A stretch of DNA of 61,901 bases, the filler included, from Sandaracinaceae bacterium (GTDB taxonomy: Bacteria; Myxococcota_A; Polyangia; Polyangiales; JADJQN01): assembly GCA_947483975.1 (NCBI GenBank). It is 13 parts of 13 records of this genome, joined end to end, with 100 filler letters (N's around TTAATTAATTAA, not from the genome) between each part and the next. Parts side by side here need not be neighbours in the genome. Positions count along the whole stretch, not along the records: positions 1 to 4,749 come from CANKOL010000395.1; positions 4,850 to 9,583 come from CANKOL010000396.1; positions 9,684 to 14,404 come from CANKOL010000397.1; 10 more parts are not named here. One strand, 5' to 3'. Each line of letters opens with the position of its first letter. Within the stretch, counting starts at the first letter, position 1. This document shows positions 1-11,153 of this stretch, piece by piece. Under the pieces are notes generated by a model. The model was not told the origin of the DNA and ran no database searches. It worked only from the letters and a program-made list of their open reading frames with translations. The translations under genes were made by a program, and so were the position numbers.

Positions 1-2706
1 CCCACAGCAGCGCCCGCACCGCTCGCAGCGGCACCGCTCGCGGCGGCGCAGCCCACGACAGCGCAGCCCGCCGCAGCGCAGCCCGCCGCAGCGGCGACGT
101 CCGAGTCACGCACCGCCGAGCTCACGCCGATCCTGCTCGCGATCGTCGCCGAGAAGACCGGCTATCCCGCCGAGATGATCGACACCGGCATGGACCTCGA
201 GGCCGACCTCGGCATCGACTCCATCAAGCGCGTCGAGATCCTCTCCGCCATGCGGCAGCGCGTCCCGAACCTCCCGCAGGTCAACACCTCCAAGATGGCC
301 ACCATGCGCACCCTCGCGCAGATCATCGGCCTCTTCGACGGCGCGGCACCCGCGCAGAGCCCGGGAGTCACGCCTTTATCCAGTTCGACCGCCACCGCCG
401 CGGTTGCCACGCCTGAGCCCGTCCTGCGCATCGCGGTGCGCGCCCTGCCCGCGAACGCCGCTGGCTTCACCGTCCCAGGGCTCTACGCGCGCGGTCGCGT
501 CGCCGTCACGCCCGATGGCGGCGGCGTCGCGGCAGCGCTCGTCGGGCGGCTCCGAGTATGCGGCGTCGACGCGGTCCTCACGGAGACCGTGCCGGCTGAC
601 GCGGTCGGCGTGCTGTTCCTCGGTGGCCTGCGCGACGTGAGCGGCGAGGCGGCGATCGCCGTCAATCGCGAGGCGTTCGCAGCGGCGCGCGCGGTCGCTG
701 CCCGCTTCCGCGACGACGGCGGGCTCTTCGTCACGGTGCAGGACACCGGCGGCGACTTCGGGCTCTCGGGCGAGAGCGGCGCGCGCGCCTGGCTCGCGGG
801 CATCGCCGCGCTCGCGAAGACCGCGGGCGAGGAATGGCCGAAGGCGACCGCCAAGGCGATCGACATCGCGCGCGGCCCATGCAGCGACGACGTCGTCGCC
901 GAGCGCTTGCTCCGCGAATTGCTCGCGGGCGGGCCGGAGCTCGAGGTCGGCCTCCGGGCGGACGGCTCACGCGTCGCCCTCGCGAGCGTGCCGACTCCGC
1001 TCTCGAACCTCACGGCGCGCCCGGTCGCGCCCGGCGCGGTCTTCGTCGTCACGGGCGGCGCGCGCGGCGTCACCGCGGCGTCGCTGATCGAGCTTGCGCG
1101 GCTCGCTCATCCGCGGGTGCTCGTGCTCGGTCGCACGGCCCTCGAGGACGAGCCCGCCGTGTTCCATGGCGCGACCGACGAGGCGAGCCTCAAGCGGCTC
1201 GCGCTCGACGAGGCCCGCAAGGCGGGCATCCCCGTCACGCCGAAGGACATCGGCGCCAAGGTCGAGAAGCTGCTCGCCGGCCGTGAGGTCAGGGACACGC
1301 TCGCGCGGCTGAAGGCGGCCGGCTCCGAGGCGCGCTACGCCGCCGTCGACGTGCGCGATCCGGCGGCGCTGGGCGCGTTGCTCGACGACGTCCGCCGCAC
1401 CTGGGGCCCGATCCGCGGGCTCGTTCACGGCGCGGGCGTGCTCGCCGACGCGCTGCTCGACAAGAAGACCGACGCGCAGTTCGACCGCGTCTTCGACACG
1501 AAGGTGCTCGGCCTGCGCGCGCTCCTCGCCGCTACTGAACGCGACCCGCTCGAGTGGCTCTGTCTGTTCTCGTCGGTCGCTGCGCGCGCCGGAAATGCTG
1601 GGCAATCCGACTACGCGATGGCCAACGAGATATTGAACAAGGTCGCCGCGGTCGAGGCTCGGCGGCGCGCGGGCGCGTGTCGCGTCGTCTCGATCGGCTG
1701 GGGTCCGTGGGACGGCGGCATGGTGACGCCGGCGCTCCGCGGTCACTTCGTCTCGCGCGGCGTCGCCTTGCTCGGCGTCGCGGCGGGCGCCGCGGCGTTC
1801 GTGCGGGAGCTCTGCGCGAGCCCGGGCGACGACCTGGAGGTCGTCATCGGAGGCGGCGACGCGGGCTTGCATGGCGGCGCGGCCCCCCGGCTGCGCGGCG
1901 AGGTCCTCGTCAGCGCGGCGACGCACCCGCAGCTCGCGAGCCACCGCATCCAGGGCAAGGCAGTGCTGCCGATGGTGCTCCCGCTCGAGTGGTTCGCGCG
2001 CCTCGCGCGAGCGATGTTCCCGGAGCGCGCGTCGGTGCAGCTTCGCGACGTGCGCGTCGTGCGCGGCGTGCCGCTCGTGCACTTCGACGGGGCGGGCGAC
2101 CGCTTCACTGTCTCGAGCGGGCAGTCCTCTAGCAGCCCGAGCGCAAGCGGCGCGAGCGACGACGGCAGCGTCGCGCTCGAGCTGCGCGACGCGAACGGCG
2201 CGGTTCGCTACGCCGCGACCGTCGCGCCCGCCGAATCGCGCGCGACCGCAGGCTCGCTGAGCGGGCAGGAGCTCGCGCCGAGCACGTGGTCCCAGGCCGA
2301 GCTCTACGCGGCCGACACGCTCTTCCACGGGCCGCACTTCCAGGTGATCCGCGCGATCGACGGCATCTCCGCGGAGGGCGCGCGGGCGACGCTGACGGCG
2401 ACGGCGGACGCGGGCTGGCCCACCGAAGCCTGGGAGACCGACCTCGCCGCGGTCGACGGCGCGCTGCAGCTCGCGATCCTCTGCGGCCTCCGCTCGCTCG
2501 GCGCGACGCTGCCCCTGCGCATCGGGAAGATCGGCTACTCCGCCGTCCCGACGACGGGCCCGATCCACTGCGCGCTGCTCGTGCGCAGCCAGACCCCAGA
2601 GCGCATCGTCTGCGACATCGCCCTCGCGAGCGAGTCCGGCGGGCCCATCGTCGACCTCGTCGACGTCGAGATGTACGCGGTCCCCACCGGCACGACGGCG
2701 AACTGA
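1..2706 (+). CDS. pfaA: PUFA synthase Pfa2/PfaA-like iterative PKS, C-terminal part (ACP-KR-DH); 5' partial
   Basis: Frame is open from base 1. PfaA-type ACP motif [30 protein letters not shown] motifs [23 protein letters not shown] motif [10 protein letters not shown]. Confidence 0.9.
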   Translation, partial: PTAAPAPLAAAPLAAAQPTTAQPAAAQPAAAATSESRTAELTPILLAIVAEKTGYPAEMIDTGMDLEADLGIDSIKRVEILSAMRQRVPNLPQVNTSKMATMRTLAQIIGLFDGAAPAQSPGVTPLSSSTATAAVATPEPVLRIAVRALPANAAGFTVPGLYARGRVAVTPDGGGVAAALVGRLRVCGVDAVLTETVPADAVGVLFLGGLRDVSGEAAIAVNREAFAAARAVAARFRDDGGLFVTVQDTGGDFGLSGESGARAWLAGIAALAKTAGEEWPKATAKAIDIARGPCSDDVVAERLLRELLAGGPELEVGLRADGSRVALASVPTPLSNLTARPVAPGAVFVVTGGARGVTAASLIELARLAHPRVLVLGRTALEDEPAVFHGATDEASLKRLALDEARKAGIPVTPKDIGAKVEKLLAGREVRDTLARLKAAGSEARYAAVDVRDPAALGALLDDVRRTWGPIRGLVHGAGVLADALLDKKTDAQFDRVFDTKVLGLRALLAATERDPLEWLCLFSSVAARAGNAGQSDYAMANEILNKVAAVEARRRAGACRVVSIGWGPWDGGMVTPALRGHFVSRGVALLGVAAGAAAFVRELCASPGDDLEVVIGGGDAGLHGGAAPRLRGEVLVSAATHPQLASHRIQGKAVLPMVLPLEWFARLARAMFPERASVQLRDVRVVRGVPLVHFDGAGDRFTVSSGQSSSSPSASGASDDGSVALELRDANGAVRYAATVAPAESRATAGSLSGQELAPSTWSQAELYAADTLFHGPHFQVIRAIDGISAEGARATLTATADAGWPTEAWETDLAAVDGALQLAILCGLRSLGATLPLRIGKIGYSAVPTTGPIHCALLVRSQTPERIVCDIALASESGGPIVDLVDVEMYAVPTGTTAN

Positions 2707-2709
2707 GCG

Positions 2710-4749
2710 ATGTCCGACTCCACGAGATTCGCGCCGATCGCCATCGTCGGCCAGGGCTGCGTGCTGCCCGGCGCGCTCTCCCCGGACGCCCTCTGGTCGC
2801 TCGTCCGGGAGAAGCGCTCGGCGCTCACGCGCGCGGGCGACACGCTCTGGAGGCTCGACCCGGGCGCCGACCGGCAGCAGCTCGCGCGAGAGATCTCGAC
2901 GGATGTCGGCGGGCACGTCACGGGCTTCGACGCGGTCTTCGATCCGCACGGCTTCGCGCTCGATGCGGCGACGCTGCGCGGCCTCGATCCGGTGTTCCTC
3001 TGGACGCTCCACGCCGCGCGCGAGGCGCTCCGCAGCGCAGGGCTCGGCGCGCTGACTGCTCAGCCGCGGGGCACCGTCGTGCTCGGCAACCTCAGCTATC
3101 CGACGCCGGGCCTCGTCGACCTCGCGCTCGAGCTCTGGGCGGGCGGCGCGCGCACGGTCGACCCGCGCAATCGCTTCATGTCGGGCCTGCCAGCGCACCT
3201 CACGGCGCAGGCGCTCGGCTTCGGCGGCGGTGGCTTCGCGGTCGACGCGGCGTGCGCCTCGTCGCTCTACGCGATCAAGCTCGCCTGCGATCGCCTCCAC
3301 GACGGCCTCGCCGATCTCGCCATCGCGGGCGGCGTGAACCACGCCGACGACCTCTTTCTCCACGGCGGCTTCTCGGCGCTCCACGCGCTCAGCCCGAGCG
3401 GCCAGAGCCGCCCGTTCCACCGCGACGCCGACGGCCTCGTGCCCGCGCAAGGCGCCGCCGTCGTCGTGCTCCAGCGCCTCGAGGACGCCCTCGCCGCAGG
3501 TCGCCCGGTGCTCGGCGTCATCCGCGGCGTCGGCCTCTCGAACGATGGCCGCAGCCGCGGCCTGATGGTCCCGGCCGAAGAGGGCCAGGTTCGCGCGCTC
3601 CGCGCCGCCTACGCGACGAGCGGCCTCACGCCCGCGGACATCTCGCTCGTCGAGTGCCACGCGACGGGCACGGTCGTCGGCGATGGGGCCGAGGTGCGGA
3701 GCATGCGCGAGGTCTTCGCGGGAGCGCGCGGGCTGCCGCTCGGCTCGCTGAAGTCGAACGTCGGTCACCTGATCACCGCCTCGGGCGGCGCCGCGATCAT
3801 CAAGGTGCTCGCCGCGATGCGCGAGCAGGTCCGCCCGCCGACCCGCGACGCGGACGCGCCGATCGACGAGCTGAGCGACGGGATGTTCCGGCTCCTGCGC
3901 GACGAAGAGCCGTGGGAGTGCGCGGGCCCGCGGCGCGCGGCGATCAGCAACTTCGGCTTCGGGGGCAACAACGCGCACCTGCTGCTCGAGGAGTGGACGC
4001 CGGGCTCGACGCTCGCCCGCACCGCGAGCCTCCGCGCGCGACTCGACGAGCCGATCGCGGTCATCGCGCAGACGGTCTGCGCGGGCGCAGCGCGCACCTC
4101 CGCGGAGTTCACGGCGAAATTCCTTGCTGCACCAACGAACGACGACGCGAGCGCGGCGACGCAGGCGCGCACCGTCGAGATCGACGCCGCGGGGCTGCGC
4201 TTTCCGCCGACGGATCTGCGCGCCGCGCTGCCGCAACAGCTGCTCTTGCTCGAGGCCGCCCAGCAGCTCAGCGCGACGCTCGAGCGGCTCCCGCGCGAGC
4301 GCACGAGCGTGCTCGTCGGTATGCAGACCGACGCGGAGGTCGCGCGGCACGCGGTCCGCTGGTGCGGCGACCGCGCGTGGGTCGCGGCGCTGCCGGACGC
4401 GCTGCGCAACGAGCCGCTGAGCGGAGCGTCGGTCATCGGCTGCATGCCGAACATCGTCGCCAATCGCCTCAGCCATCAGCTCGACTGCAAGGGGCCGAGC
4501 TACACGGTGTCGTCCGAGGAGGTCTCCGGCACTGTCGCGCTCGCGCTCGGCGTGCGCGCGCTCCGCGCCGGAGAGATCGACGCCGCGATCGTCGGCGCGG
4601 TCGACCTCGCGTGTGAGCCCGTGCAGCACGCCGCTGCGGTCGCGGTGCTGCCGGGCTCGCGGCACGCGCCGGGCGACGCGGCCGTCCTCCTGGTGCTGAA
4701 GCGGCACGCCGACGCGCTTCGCGATGGCGACGAGGTCCTCGCGCTGATC
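2710..4749 (+). CDS. pfaC: PUFA synthase Pfa3/PfaC-like KS-CLF protein; 3' partial
   Basis: KS triad DAACASS / ECHATGT / VGHLITA, then a second KS-like (CLF) domain lacking the Cys (SYTVSSEEVSG). Starts 3 bp after the pfaA-like gene and is cut by the linker. Confidence 0.85.
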
Positions 4750-4849
4750 NNNNNNNNNNNNNNNNNNNNNNNNNNNNNNNNNNNNNNNNNNNNTTAATTA
4801 ATTAANNNNNNNNNNNNNNNNNNNNNNNNNNNNNNNNNNNNNNNNNNNN
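4750..4849. other. artificial contig linker
   Basis: N44-TTAATTAATTAA-N44, stops in all six frames. Confidence 0.99.
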
Positions 4850-7800
4850 CGCTCGTCGGCAGGCTGCGCCGCGAAGACGTGCTCGAGCCCGGCGCGCGCG
4901 TCCTCGGGGCGCCCCGCGCTCGTCGCGGCGTCGGCGAGCCGCAAGCCCGCGTCGATCTGCGCCTCGCCCTCCTCGAGCTGCACGAGCGCGATGCAGGTCT
5001 GCAGCACGTCCTCCCAGCGCTCGGTCTGCGTGTCGACGAGCACGAGCGCGCGCAGCGCCTCGAGGTCGCCCTGGGCGCGAGCCACCCACCCGGCGAGCAG
5101 CTCGCGGGCGCGGGCCGGGTCGCCGTTCTCGCTGAGCACCTGCACGAGGCGCACGGTCAGCGCGCGCTCCGCTTCGAAGGCGCCAGCCTCTGCCGCGCGG
5201 AGCCGCGCGACGTCGAGCCCCCCTGCGAGATCCGCCGCGGCGAGCGCGCCCGAGAGTCCGTACGACTCCTCGAGATCGCTGACCGCCGCCGAGTCGTCGC
5301 CGAGGTGCGTGTGCAGCTTCGCGCGCTCGCGGAGCAACAGCGCGCGCGCCGGCGCGTCCGTCGTCCGCTCGAGCGCGGCGCCGACCTGCGCGACCGCGCC
5401 CGCGACATCGCCCGCCGCAGAGAGCGACGCGACGAGCTCGCTCAGGAGCTCAGCGTCCTGCGGGCGATGGACGAGCGCCGCCGTGAGCGCCTCGGCCGCG
5501 AGCGCGGGCTGCGAGAGCTGCTCGCGGTAGAGCATCGCGGCCTCGCGATAGCGGGCGACCGCGGTCTCTGGATCGGTGTCGCGCGAGCCGTCGAGCACGA
5601 GCATCGCCGCGAGGCTCGCGAGCTCGCTGTGCTCGCGATACCAGCTGTCGAGGCGACGACGGATCGCCTCGTCGCCGGGGGCCGAGCGATGGCCGAGGGC
5701 GAGCGCGCGCTCGACGCCGGTCTCGTCCTCGAGCGTCGTGTAGAGCTCGGCGAGCTGCCCGGCGAGGGCCGACGCCGCGGCGCCGCTCTCGACCGCGAGC
5801 AGCCGCTCCATCACCTCCGCGCGGTCGCGCGGGTTCGCGTCGGGGCCGACGAGCTGGACGAGCATCTCGAGCAGCGCGCGGTCCGAAGGCGCGAAGTCGA
5901 GCGCCGAGCGGATCGCGTCGAGCGAGTCGTCGCGGCGCCCTTCGATCTGGAAGAGCGCGACGAGCTTGAGCGTGAGCTGCGCGACGGTCTCGGCGTCGCT
6001 GCGGTCCTTCGCGCCGTCGAGCTGCCGCTGCACGAGCTCGAGCAGCTCCGTCGAGCTGCCGAGACGCTGCAGCACGTCGCCGAGCACCGCGCCGGCTTCG
6101 GCGTGGTCGGGATCCTCTGCCAGGATGTCCCGAAGCTGCGCGGTCGCCTCTTTGTCCTTCTTCTTCTCGAGGAGGAACTTGGCGAACTCCATGCGCACGG
6201 CGTTGCGGTCCGCCGGATCGAGCAGCGCATCGACCGTGCTGCTGACGTGCGCGGCGAGGCGCTTTCGGTCCCCGATCTCGCGGTAGACGGCGAGCAGCGG
6301 CGCCCAGACCTGCCGGTCCGCCGGGTCCCGCTCCTTCAGCTTCTCGTAGGTGTTTGCGGCGATCTGCAGGTCGCCGCCCGGCTGCGAGGCCAAGCGCGCG
6401 AGCTCCAGCCCGAGCGCGAACGCGTCCTCCGGGTAGGCCGCCTCGACGGCGACCTCGAGCCAGCGGAGCGCGCCCGGCAGATCGTCCGCCGCGCGCCGCC
6501 GTTCGGCGAGCTGCGTGACCGTCCAGAGCGCCGCGGCGAGGCCGTCGATCGTCGCCCGCGCGACCTCGACGCCGCGCTCGAGCAGCTTCTCGGCGCGCGC
6601 CGCGTCGCCCGCTTGGCCTGCGACGTCCACGCCCTCGCGCACGTCGGCGAGGGTCGCGCCCTCGAGCGCTGCGCGCCGCTCGAGGAAGTCGAGCAGCAGG
6701 AGGGCGTCGTCGGCCTGACGCGCCACCTTCTCGAAGAGCTCGAGCGCACGCGCGTCGCTCGAGAAGGTCGCGGTCGTGCGGCGCAGCAGCTCACCCGCGC
6801 GCGCCCAGCGCGGCTCGCGGGCGAGGGCGCGCTCGAGCGTGTCGAGCCCGTTCGCGAGCGTCGACTCGCCGTCGCTCGCGCCGGCCGCGATGGCCGCGTC
6901 GAGGCGGAGCTCCGCGAGGCGATAGAGCGCGTCGGTCGTCGGCGCGCCGAGGTCCTCTTGCACCACGAGCTCGAGGACCCGCTGCTGCTCGGCGAGGTCT
7001 CCCGTGAGCCCCGCGACCCGCGCGAGCGCGAGCCAGGCGTCGGCGACGAGCTCACCCGACTGCTCGACGCGCGCGTAGAGCTTGGCTGCGCCCGCGGCGT
7101 CGCCGAGGTCCTCTTCGACGACCAGCCCGAGGCGCATCAGCACCTTGGCGACGGTCGCCTCTTCTTCGGTGCGCCGCATCCCCTCGATCAGCCCTTGGAC
7201 CTTGTGGACGTAGTCGGCCGTGCGGCCGAGCTTCTTGGCGAGCGCGCGCGCCGCGTCGTGCAGCGCGTCGTCGGTGAGCGCACCAGCGAGCGCCTCGAGG
7301 CGCGCGTCGAGCGCCGGCCCATCGGCGCCGAGGTGCTGCTCGAGCACGTCGGCGAGCGACGCGAGGAGCGGCGCGCGATCCGTCGCCTCGGTCAGCTGTG
7401 TGAGGCGCTGCTCGAGCGCCCTGCGGCCGAGCTCGTACTCGCCGCGCGAGGCGAGCGCGCGCGCGAAGCGGAGCGTCTCGACGTCGCTCTGCGTCGCGGC
7501 TGCGACCGCGGACTCGAGCAGCTCCTTCGCTTGGCCGTCTTGCTTGCGCGCGGCGGCGAGGCGAGACAGCTCGAACTGCACCTCGGGTACGCCGACCGCG
7601 TCGAGCGAGTCGTCTTGCTGCTTGCGCACGAGGAGCAGCAGCGCACGGTAGGCGCGCTCTGCGCGATCGAGCTGCCCGGACTCGCGCGCGAGCCCACCGA
7701 GCTCGAGCATCACGTCCGCGTTGCCGACGTCCATCGACGCGGCGAGATCGAGCTGCTCGAGCGCGTGCTCGACCTCGCTCTTGGCCCGGAAGACCTTCGC

Positions 7801-9583
7801 GAGCTGGAAGTGGAACGCCGCCCGCTCCGGCGTGCGACGGCGCCCGAAGTCCGCGATGAGCGACTCGAGCACGTCCTTCGCCTCGTCGAGGCGCGCGCCG
7901 ACGCGGTACGCCTCGGCGAGCATGCTCTTGAGCGTGCGGTCGTCCGGCGCGAGCTTGACGGCGGTCTCGAGGACCGGGATGGCGAGGTCGGGCTTCTTCA
8001 GCTTCTCGACGTAGATGTCGGCGGCTTCGCGCACGCGCTCGAGCAGGAGCGCGTCGTCCTCGATGTACGCGGTGCTGTCCGCGAGGAGCTTGCCGAGCGG
8101 CGCCCAAGCGAGGCTCGCGCGGTAGAGCCCCGCGAGCAGCTCCCGCACCTCGACGCTCGAGGCGTCGTCGGCGAGGGCGGCCTCGAGGCGCTGCGTCGCG
8201 CGGTCCTTCTGACCGGCCGCGAGCTGCGCGCGGGCGAGGCGCAGCGCGACGGCGGTGCGCTCTGCGGGCTCCGCCTGCGTGAGGCGCTTCTCGAGCCACT
8301 CGACGGCCGAGCGATGCTCGCCGCGGTCGGTGTGCAGGCGCGCGAGCGCGTCGAGGGCGCTCGTCGACGGCGCGAGCGCGACGACCTTGCGGTACGCCGC
8401 GAGCGCGCGGGAGACGTCGAGCAGAGGAGTCTCGACGAGCACGGCGACCTCGCCCCAGAGGCGCGCCGCCTTCGCGCCGTCGCCCGCTTGCTCGACGCGC
8501 TGGGCCTGCGTCGAGAGCAGCTCGACGAGGTCCAAGAACTCGTGCTTGTCGCGGAGGACGCGCGAGATCTCGTGGATCGACGCGTCGTGGCCGGGCTGCT
8601 CGTCGAGGTTCGAGCGGAGCGCCTCGAGGCGCCCCCCCTTCGACTCGATCTCGCCGATCAGCCGCGCGATGTCGAGGCGGAGCGCCAGCTTGCGCTCCCC
8701 ATCGGTCGCCGCGGCGAGCTCGAGCTTGCGGAGCGCGAGGAGGTCAGCGAGGCGGTTCTCCCGCGTGAAGAGGTCCGCGAGGCTGTCGAACGCCTTCGTG
8801 TCGGAGGGCGCCTCGTCGAGCACCGCGCGGTAGAGATCGATCGCGCGCGTACGGTCGTCGAGGGGGCCCGCGGCCAGCTCCGCCGCGCGCACGCGCATCG
8901 CGCGCGTCTGCTCGGCCGGGAGCGGCAGCGAAGAGCCCTCGAGCAGCAGCGCGAACGCGGCCTTCGTCTCGCCAGCGGCGTCGAGCATCGCGAGCAGCTG
9001 CCCGTGCGCCCAGGCCGCGCTCTCGCCGACGTCGTGCGTGCCCTTCGCGCCGCCGCGGCGCAGGAGCTGTACGGCGCGCTCGTAGAGGCGCGCCAGCGCC
9101 GTCCGCGCGACGGTCGCATCGCCGAGCGTGCCGGTCGCGAGCACGGCGGCTTCATGCAGCGCGTCGACGTCGTTCGGCGTCAGGGACGCGAGCTGCACGA
9201 GCGACTCGTAGAGCGCCGCAGACGGCGTCGCTCGGCGAAGCTCGATGAGCGCCCGCAGCGCCTCGAGATCGTCGGGATCGTGCGCGACGGCGCGCGCGAA
9301 GGACGCTTCTGCCGACGCAGCGTCGTTGCGGCGGTCGCGATGCCACGCGGCGACGCGCTTCTCGACGTCCCGCAGCAGCGGGGCTCCGAGGCCGGTCGCG
9401 GCTGCCGCAGCGGCGCTGACCTCGCTCGCCAGCGCGTCCCACGCGCTGGCCTCGGCCACGCGCGCCTCGATCAGCGAGAGGAGCGCCTCGTCGACGCGCC
9501 CCGTCTCCTGCGCGAGCGCGAACACGCGCGCGACGGCCGCGTCCCAGCGACCGACCCTCGTCGCCGCCTCGACGACCGACCCG
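4850..9583 (-). CDS. giant TPR/alpha-solenoid protein (AgmK-like myxobacterial family), partial at both ends
   Basis: Open frame spans the whole contig (>1550 aa). Recurrent TPR-like units such as AIDLYRAVLDEAPSD and ALAAYRKVVALAP. Natural composition, unlike the Arg-rich antisense frame. Confidence 0.85.
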
Positions 9584-9683
9584 NNNNNNNNNNNNNNNNN
9601 NNNNNNNNNNNNNNNNNNNNNNNNNNNTTAATTAATTAANNNNNNNNNNNNNNNNNNNNNNNNNNNNNNNNNNNNNNNNNNNN
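9584..9683. other. artificial contig linker
   Basis: N44-TTAATTAATTAA-N44. Confidence 0.99.
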
Positions 9684-9684
9684 A

Positions 9685-9999
9685 GTCGCAGGCGCCGGCA
9701 CGGGCGCGCTCGGGCGCCTCGGCACCGTGAAGCTCGACGGCGTCGAGCTCGAGCTCTTCGTGCTGCCCGTGGAGGCGCCGCTGCGGCCGCTCTGGGCGCC
9801 TTTCCTCGCGCCGACGCTCGCCGCGCTGCGCCTCGCGAGGACCGACGAGCCGCTCTCGTCCGACGCCCTCGAGCTCTTGCGCAGCCTCGGGGTCACCGTG
9901 CTCGACGCGCCTCATGGCTGGCACGAGCCGCGCGGCGCAGCGCTCGCCCTCCGCGCCGCGCTCGGCGCCGTCACTCCGGCCCAAGCGGACCGACGCTAG
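9685..9999 (+). CDS. hypothetical protein, C-terminal fragment
   Basis: Open from the contig edge to TAG; GC-rich third codon positions. Confidence 0.55.
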   Translation, partial: VAGAGTGALGRLGTVKLDGVELELFVLPVEAPLRPLWAPFLAPTLAALRLARTDEPLSSDALELLRSLGVTVLDAPHGWHEPRGAALALRAALGAVTPAQADRR

Positions 10000-10067
10000 A
10001 ATATCCCGATGCTTGGTGCTCCAACCTTTGCGGTGCGCTGGCTCACCTTCCTGTGTAATCTCGAGGG

Positions 10068-11105
10068 ATGCCGCGCATCCTCCTGATCGACGACACCAAG
10101 AGCATCCGGACGGCCGTGCTCGCGGCGCTCGATCCGTTCGGCTTCGAGGTCGAGCAGGCCGAGAGCGGCCCCGCGGGCCTGCAAAAGGCCCTCAACGCAC
10201 AGTGGGACCTGATCTTCCTCGACATCGAGATGCCGATCATGGACGGGCCGACGCTGCTGCGGATCGTGCGCGCGCGCGGCATCACGACGCCCGTCGTGCT
10301 CGTGACGGGCGTGTCCTCGACGCCGGTGCTGTCGGCCGCGATTCGCCTCGGCGCGGCGCACTACATCTCCAAGCCCTTCACCGCGGCGCAGATCCGCGCG
10401 GCCGCCGCGAAGCTCCTGAAGATCGATCACTCGAAGCTCGACGCGCCGCCGCCGCGCGTGTTCGTGCTCGCGCCTGATCGCGCGCTCGCCGACGAGCTGA
10501 CGCCGCGCCTGCCGGCGAACGTCATCGTCAGCACCGTCGCGGAGCTTCATCAGCTGACGGACCTGATCACGCAGCACGTCCCGGGGCTCGTGCTGATCGC
10601 GCACCGCCCGGGGCAGGAGCGCGCCAACATCGCGGCGGCCGTCGTGCGGTCGTTCGCGCCGACGGCGGGGGTCCTGCTCGTCGACGAGCAGGCGAAGTCG
10701 GAGACCCTCGCGCCGCCTGACTCGGAGATCGACGGCACGGTGCCGCGCGCGCTCTCGGACGCGCTCGTGCAGGAGCTCTTCTACCCGAACTACCTGCGAC
10801 AGCTGGTGTTCGTCACGGGCACGACCGTGCGCCCGGCGACGTTCCAGGGTGAGCCTGAGTTCATGCCGGCGTACTTCGCCTCGCTGACGCGGCACCTGAT
10901 CGCGCGCTGCGCCCGCTTCGGCGCCGTCGAAGGGCTGCGCATCGACCTCACGCCGGTGCCGCCGGTCGAGGAGCTCCTCGTGCCGCTGATCGCCGCCGTC
11001 AGCGCCGCGCTGAACGCGCAGGGCGCCGCGGCGTGGTTCAGCCCACCGCCGACCCTGAAAGCGCTCGCGAACGATCCGCGCCTGACCAAGGCGCTCTTCG
11101 TCTGA
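10068..11105 (+). CDS. response regulator: receiver domain plus uncharacterised C-terminal region
   Basis: ILLIDD, FLDIEMP, LVTG and SKPF receiver motifs. Confidence 0.85.
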   Translation: MPRILLIDDTKSIRTAVLAALDPFGFEVEQAESGPAGLQKALNAQWDLIFLDIEMPIMDGPTLLRIVRARGITTPVVLVTGVSSTPVLSAAIRLGAAHYISKPFTAAQIRAAAAKLLKIDHSKLDAPPPRVFVLAPDRALADELTPRLPANVIVSTVAELHQLTDLITQHVPGLVLIAHRPGQERANIAAAVVRSFAPTAGVLLVDEQAKSETLAPPDSEIDGTVPRALSDALVQELFYPNYLRQLVFVTGTTVRPATFQGEPEFMPAYFASLTRHLIARCARFGAVEGLRIDLTPVPPVEELLVPLIAAVSAALNAQGAAAWFSPPPTLKALANDPRLTKALFV

Positions 11106-11153
11106 GCGGGTCTTGGCGCGCGGGCGACGAGCGAACGACGAGCGAACGCCGCC

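Noticed and set aside
967..4707. 1246-aa minus-strand ORF
   Set aside because: Arg-rich antisense shadow of the pfa genes, expected in high-GC coding DNA.
4794..4805. Regularly spaced TTAATTAATTAA palindromes as a biological repeat
   Set aside because: Always embedded in N runs of fixed length; a synthetic six-frame-stop linker.
4879..9639. 1586-aa plus-strand ORF
   Set aside because: Antisense shadow of the TPR gene; runs into the linker.
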